Of a stretch of 64,000 bases of DNA, positions 61,301-64,000 are shown piece after piece. The DNA comes from a virus. Position numbers and translations under genes: made by a program. Within the stretch, counting starts at the first letter, position 1, and every line of letters begins with the position of its first letter. The notes under the pieces were generated by a model, which saw nothing but the letters and a program-made list of their open reading frames with translations, searched no databases and was not told where the DNA came from. The stretch covers positions 32,001-96,000 of the IMG/VR virus record IMGVR_UViG_3300010160_000025; one strand, written 5' to 3'.

Positions 61301-64000
61301 TTCGAATCACACTAAACAGGGTTGTTGACACTGATATTAATGTTGACAGTTATATTGGCATTAATAATTCTATAGCAACGTTAGAAGGATTTTATAAAGT
61401 CACCGCGGTCGGAGTTGACTATATTGAATTTGATAAACCAAAAATACTTAACACAGCAGATACTGTTGGGTTAACTTTGAATTTATATAAGTTTGTATCA
61501 GTGCGAGTACCGTCAATTGAGATTATTAATAATCTAGGAATAGCTTCAAAGAAAAACGGTGATCTAGTATGGGTCGACGGAGTTGACAATCAATGGACAG
61601 TTTGGAAATATCAAAACGAGTATAATTTAACAACAGTTTCAAATAACAAAACAAAGTTTGGTATTAATGTATCTGTAAATGAAGCTAGTACAGTAATGAT
61701 AGTCTCAATAGAAAACAGTATGCTATATTATACTAGACCTACTGCTAAGTCTAATTGGGCGTACAGAGAAGAGCTAAGTCCGGTTACTACACAGGATGCA
61801 AATAATCCTAATCCAACAATATTATTAACAAATAATTCTTTTGCTTCGTCAACGTCCGTAAGAAGTGACGGAGCTTTCTTGGCAGCAGGTGCTCCTGCGG
61901 CAAATGCCGCACCATTAGTTGTAGGAACAACTACATCAAATGGTAACAGGCTAGTATTATCGGCTGGCACTACTGCTAATTTTATTATCAACGGCCCAAT
62001 TGTATTTTCAAATACTACACTTGGTACTATAGTTGCTGGCAAAACATATTATGTGTCACAAATTATAGACCCAATACGTTTTACAATATCAGAGACTCAG
62101 GGCGGCCCAACTTTTGTGTTAGAAAATCGTTCAGGAGCAATGCCAGTATATGCTAATCACGGATACGTGGTTTTATATACACGAAACGCCAACGGATATT
62201 ATGTATTTTCAAATTTAGTAACCGCACCTACTAAAACAAATAATCAATTTTTTGGTCAGAAGGTAGCAGTAGTTGGAGACAAATTATTTGTAGCATCAAA
62301 AGGCTCTGCAACTGTTGCACCATCTTTAACTGTTTACTATATTTCAAAACTTGTAGCAAATGCACTTGATCCTGCGTTTGTTAGCAGTAGCGCGACAGTT
62401 GGAGCACCAGTAGTGTTTACATTAGGGCATGACTTGCTAGACATGTCAGTGGCCGCTAACGGAAACGTTATCCTTTCTTTTAGCAACAATTTATCTCGAG
62501 GCAATGATACAATTCGTATATGGAATTATTCTAATAATTATGAATTTAATAAAGATGTACAAACTATAGAATCTCCATTACCAGCAAAATCTAGTTTTGG
62601 CTCTACTATTGCAGTATCTAAAGACGGCGGCAAACTAGCAATCGGATCGCCAACATATTCTAATGTACATTTAAATGAAGGCGCAGTTTCGGTATACTAT
62701 AATATTCCTTCTGCATTTACTGCATGGACTGTTACATTACCGGGAGTAACAACTTCTAGTACAACCAAAATAACAATTGAACCTGGAACAAAAACATTTA
62801 CTGTACGTAAAAGCGGTACAGGTTTATTATTAAATGCGGTAGCAACTTTTGGTACTTTAAGAGCAAATCCGGGAATTGCTAATGCAGGTTCTAAATACGC
62901 GGTAGATGATATTGTTTATATTTCTGGCGGCGACGGCAAAGCAACTTACAAGGTTACACAGGTTAATCCAACTACAGGAGCAGTAGTTGCTGGAGAATTA
63001 TTAACTAGAGGTACAAATTATAATTCTAATCCGGTGTCTGTAACTATTCCAAAGCCTTTAAATATTTTAGAATTACAACGTGTTACTATTACACATGACT
63101 TGTCTAATTATATGGTTGGAGTTGTAACTTCTTATGACGATGCTACTGCTACTCTTGTTGTTAATGTTAAGGAAGCATATACTCCTGGAGAATATGTACT
63201 CAAAGAGCAATTAAGTAATCCTTATAATAGAGGCAGTGAGTATTTTGGATCAACTGTTAAATTTAATACAGTTGGTGATCAGTTGGCAATTACCAGTGCA
63301 GGCGGTCGACAATTAGCACACACAAAGTTTGATAATAATAAAACTGTCTTTGATCTAGATGCTACTACGTTTTTAGAAACTGAATTAGGATCTGGTAGTG
63401 TAATGTTATATGATCACTATGAAAATAAATTTATTTTCTCTGACAGTTTAGACGTTGGTGTTGCAGTTGGTTCTAATTATGGCTCTGCTATTGCTATGTC
63501 TGATAGAGTATACATTAGTGATTACAATACATTAACTGGTGCAATACACGAATTTTATTCTGAAAACAAATCTTGGTATAAATTTAGAACACCGGGGCAA
63601 TTAGTTAATATAGATAAAATTAAATCTGTATTCTTATATGACATTGAAGACAGTAGTATAGTTACGTATCTTGATATTGTAGATCCATTGCAAGGTAAAA
63701 TTTTAAGCATTGCTGAAGATGAATTAAAATTTAAAACATATTACGACCCTGCAACTTATTCTGTCGGAGATGATACGGTCGTAGTTGATCCTCTAATGTA
63801 TTGGAAAGAAAAACATGTTGGACATCTATGGTGGGATTTAAGTAGTGCTAAATTTATTGATCCTAACCAGGGTCCTGTATTGTATAAAGCCAACTCTTGG
63901 AACACTTTATTTGAAAATCAATTAGTAAATGTATACGAATGGGTTGAAAGCGAATACACTCCCGCTGAGTGGGATAAACTAGCCGATACTGAAGCAGGGT
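55369..64000 (+). CDS. Giant baseplate wedge/initiator protein (gp7-like), >2870 aa, truncated at the window edge
   Basis: ATG 55369 after AAGGA. Translates MAFDNNQQ...FLPKYYRT..NQKFL, DWDKFVNYREYYW, and is still in frame at the window end (..WVESEYTPAEWDKLADTEAG). Follows gp6. Confidence 0.75.
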   Translation, partial: MAFDNNQQESALPIGDNNKRTSLDFLPKYYRTSVNQKFLSATVDQMINEGTVGKINAFIGRKNTPAFTSADKYLGEVSVDRAAYQLEPAIVSKDSLDNVTFFKDYNDYINQLNFFAGTTLDHSKVNSEEYYAWNPHIDWDKFVNYREYYWLPNGPQPITVLGQSTEINSTYTVKLVDEVDNISYLFTPDGLTANPKFKLYRGQTYTFEIDCEDRPFAFKTVRTIGDADLYTNGITIRNNKNVIVPSTTHVKKGSIEFTVPLDAPNILYYVSETDINTSGYFTIFNITDSTHIEIDSEIIGKKYYTTGSGTTLSNGMKLSFSGQVTPSIYATGNWYVEGVGVAIRLVAEKDLETPSAYTSDLEIEFDNENFDTQGFDVNNNFPASKDYIVINRSSADRNPWSRHNRWFHRNLIEASASANNQPLILDQNARAKRPIIEFNSNVQLWNFGRIAKKNVTLVDTFTEDVFSTIEGSYGYNIDKVNLVEGMRVLFTADTDIRVSGRIFTVSFITHLGQRRITLLPTDDTDPQAGETVLVTEGSSYRGTMFHYMDGTWMQSQDKTTINQSPLFEVVDPTGTSYGNTTKYPGTTFKGTKIFSYQTGTTYDTELGFDITYRNIGNFGDIVFNFNLHTDKHTYQSSTNLVEPIDIELGYLRINNTLTSYDHANGWTIANTKTKQFVVRQYVIDQVRNMFLIDVYADSGLLTDLTVKVYLNGHRKYDTDYTITVINKKAYVEFFKDLSVDDVLIVKTNSSAPKINGYFEFPSNLEHNPQNLNLDTFTLGEINNHVSSIADNIDKFIGTIPGSASLRDLGNITPLGTKIVQHSAPLLPIAYHITNKNYNVINALKTARLDYAKFKRNVLRKATDYGYDGVTRIHLDLILKEVVKDFTKDSPYYLSDMIPAGPNFIFEQEIIDNSITEYPLTFDFNLTTVSERAVLVYVNDELLVYGKDYEFIDVNFVKILSTIASGDNLKIVQYGKTDGCFLPPTPTKYGLYPKFEPQIFIDTTYQNPTKVIQGHDGSITIAFNDFRDDLLLEFERRIYNNIKIAYDTKLFDIYDFVPGYNRTTDLTFDDINNIMAGDFLHWSNLIADDYTKHSFFVRSNPKTYNYREFRSSTGTELPGFWRGIFKLVYDTDRPHTHPWEMLGLSIKPTWWETTYGPAPYTSNNLILWNDLAAGIIRNPSTNFVKNTKFVRPQLLSMLPVNEDGELLAPSNIGIIDGYTSSLIEGEFRFGDQAPVESAWRRSAEYPFSLITALTILRPAQVFSSCFDRVRQYRDDTNQLVYKVTNGNLRFNVTNLITPSTADSTSRVYTAGLINYITDYIIGRQSLSEIPVYKNELTNLIVRLSSKLGGFTTKEKFKLILDSRNPLNTGNVFIPEENYNIILNTSSPVSSVDYSAVIIEKATTGFIIRGYNKFLPAFKYFKPLIINNDAEINVGGVSASFTTWIANQYYTKDKIVFFNNQYYRATVSHQASSVFEIKYFAKLPSLPLTGGRQIVIRTKFNDTVSTLHYGAELRTIQEVVDFLLGYGAYLKSIGMLFENFNSTIRTITDFQTSAKEFAFWTTQNWSLGAVISVSPCAEEVKFNQKYSVVDNIYDNFYEYSILKQDGAALSSLYTGNTREGNLFTLSPKNTADGIYHATLNLVQKEHVLILDNTTIFNDVIYDQIQGYRQERIKVVGYRTTNWNGDFDIPGFIYDRAIVKFWKVWTDYKLGDTVKYKEFYYSAKANVPGSETFDYSEWNKLEARPEPKLIPNWDYRANQFPDFYDLDTDSFDLNQQKFAQHLIGYQKRQYLENIINDDVSQYKFYQGFITEKGTENSFAKLFDALSTSTKESLEFYEEWAIRVGQYGANAGFDEVEFRLDEVKFLINPQPVELVKSIDNSLLDFVYRILPDQVYLKSKTYSHSPFETHQLSNYYVSTAGYVNAEDVEYKLNTIEEIFSVNINKLNDGYYFWIASDKNTWNVYRFTLFENLVRKVSIIQNTIRITLNRVVDTDINVDSYIGINNSIATLEGFYKVTAVGVDYIEFDKPKILNTADTVGLTLNLYKFVSVRVPSIEIINNLGIASKKNGDLVWVDGVDNQWTVWKYQNEYNLTTVSNNKTKFGINVSVNEASTVMIVSIENSMLYYTRPTAKSNWAYREELSPVTTQDANNPNPTILLTNNSFASSTSVRSDGAFLAAGAPAANAAPLVVGTTTSNGNRLVLSAGTTANFIINGPIVFSNTTLGTIVAGKTYYVSQIIDPIRFTISETQGGPTFVLENRSGAMPVYANHGYVVLYTRNANGYYVFSNLVTAPTKTNNQFFGQKVAVVGDKLFVASKGSATVAPSLTVYYISKLVANALDPAFVSSSATVGAPVVFTLGHDLLDMSVAANGNVILSFSNNLSRGNDTIRIWNYSNNYEFNKDVQTIESPLPAKSSFGSTIAVSKDGGKLAIGSPTYSNVHLNEGAVSVYYNIPSAFTAWTVTLPGVTTSSTTKITIEPGTKTFTVRKSGTGLLLNAVATFGTLRANPGIANAGSKYAVDDIVYISGGDGKATYKVTQVNPTTGAVVAGELLTRGTNYNSNPVSVTIPKPLNILELQRVTITHDLSNYMVGVVTSYDDATATLVVNVKEAYTPGEYVLKEQLSNPYNRGSEYFGSTVKFNTVGDQLAITSAGGRQLAHTKFDNNKTVFDLDATTFLETELGSGSVMLYDHYENKFIFSDSLDVGVAVGSNYGSAIAMSDRVYISDYNTLTGAIHEFYSENKSWYKFRTPGQLVNIDKIKSVFLYDIEDSSIVTYLDIVDPLQGKILSIAEDELKFKTYYDPATYSVGDDTVVVDPLMYWKEKHVGHLWWDLSSAKFIDPNQGPVLYKANSWNTLFENQLVNVYEWVESEYTPAEWDKLADTEAG

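Noticed and set aside
45675-62042. Short minus-strand and off-frame ORFs over the baseplate genes
   Set aside because: They lie within long, motif-bearing plus-strand genes and have no independent signals.
1-64000. Stop-codon reassignment, tRNA genes, diversity-generating retroelement, integrase or IS
   Set aside because: Genes up to 9 kb are open in the standard code, and TAA, TAG and TGA all end genes. I saw no tRNA cloverleaf, reverse transcriptase, adenine-specific TR/VR pair or recombinase by eye.

Overview
This is a 64 kb, AT-rich, densely coding segment of a large T4-like (myovirus) phage genome in the standard genetic code, with strong Shine-Dalgarno signals. The minus strand from 1 to 38.5 kb carries about 29 kb of putative tail-fibre/adhesin genes: two paralogues of >3100 aa, two of ~900 aa, and several smaller partners. 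It then carries a 2OG-Fe(II) oxygenase, the head module (gp23, gp22, gp21, two core-protein candidates, gp20) and a tape-measure protein. A short plus-strand gp26/gp51-like cassette follows. Next is a minus-strand block with sigma70-type promoters: gp55, gp47, gp46, an Hc1-like protein, a GIY-YIG nuclease and a ~460-nt structured non-coding region. The plus strand from 45.7 kb encodes the baseplate (tube initiator, gp53, hub with a lysozyme-like domain, gp5, gp25, gp6, and a giant gp7-like gene running off the window). The most notable signals are: (1) a large structured, pseudoknotted RNA candidate directly downstream of the stand-alone GIY-YIG gene, with pseudo-symmetric repeats and adjacent GNA-loop DNA hairpins; (2) a T_TTT_TTC -1 frameshift site fusing the gp26-like ORF to the gp51-like ORF; (3) riboswitch-like structured 5' leaders on two late genes; (4) overlapping promoter arrangements and apparently leaderless late mRNAs. 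All product calls come from motif recognition by eye and from synteny; no database searches or folding programs were run.
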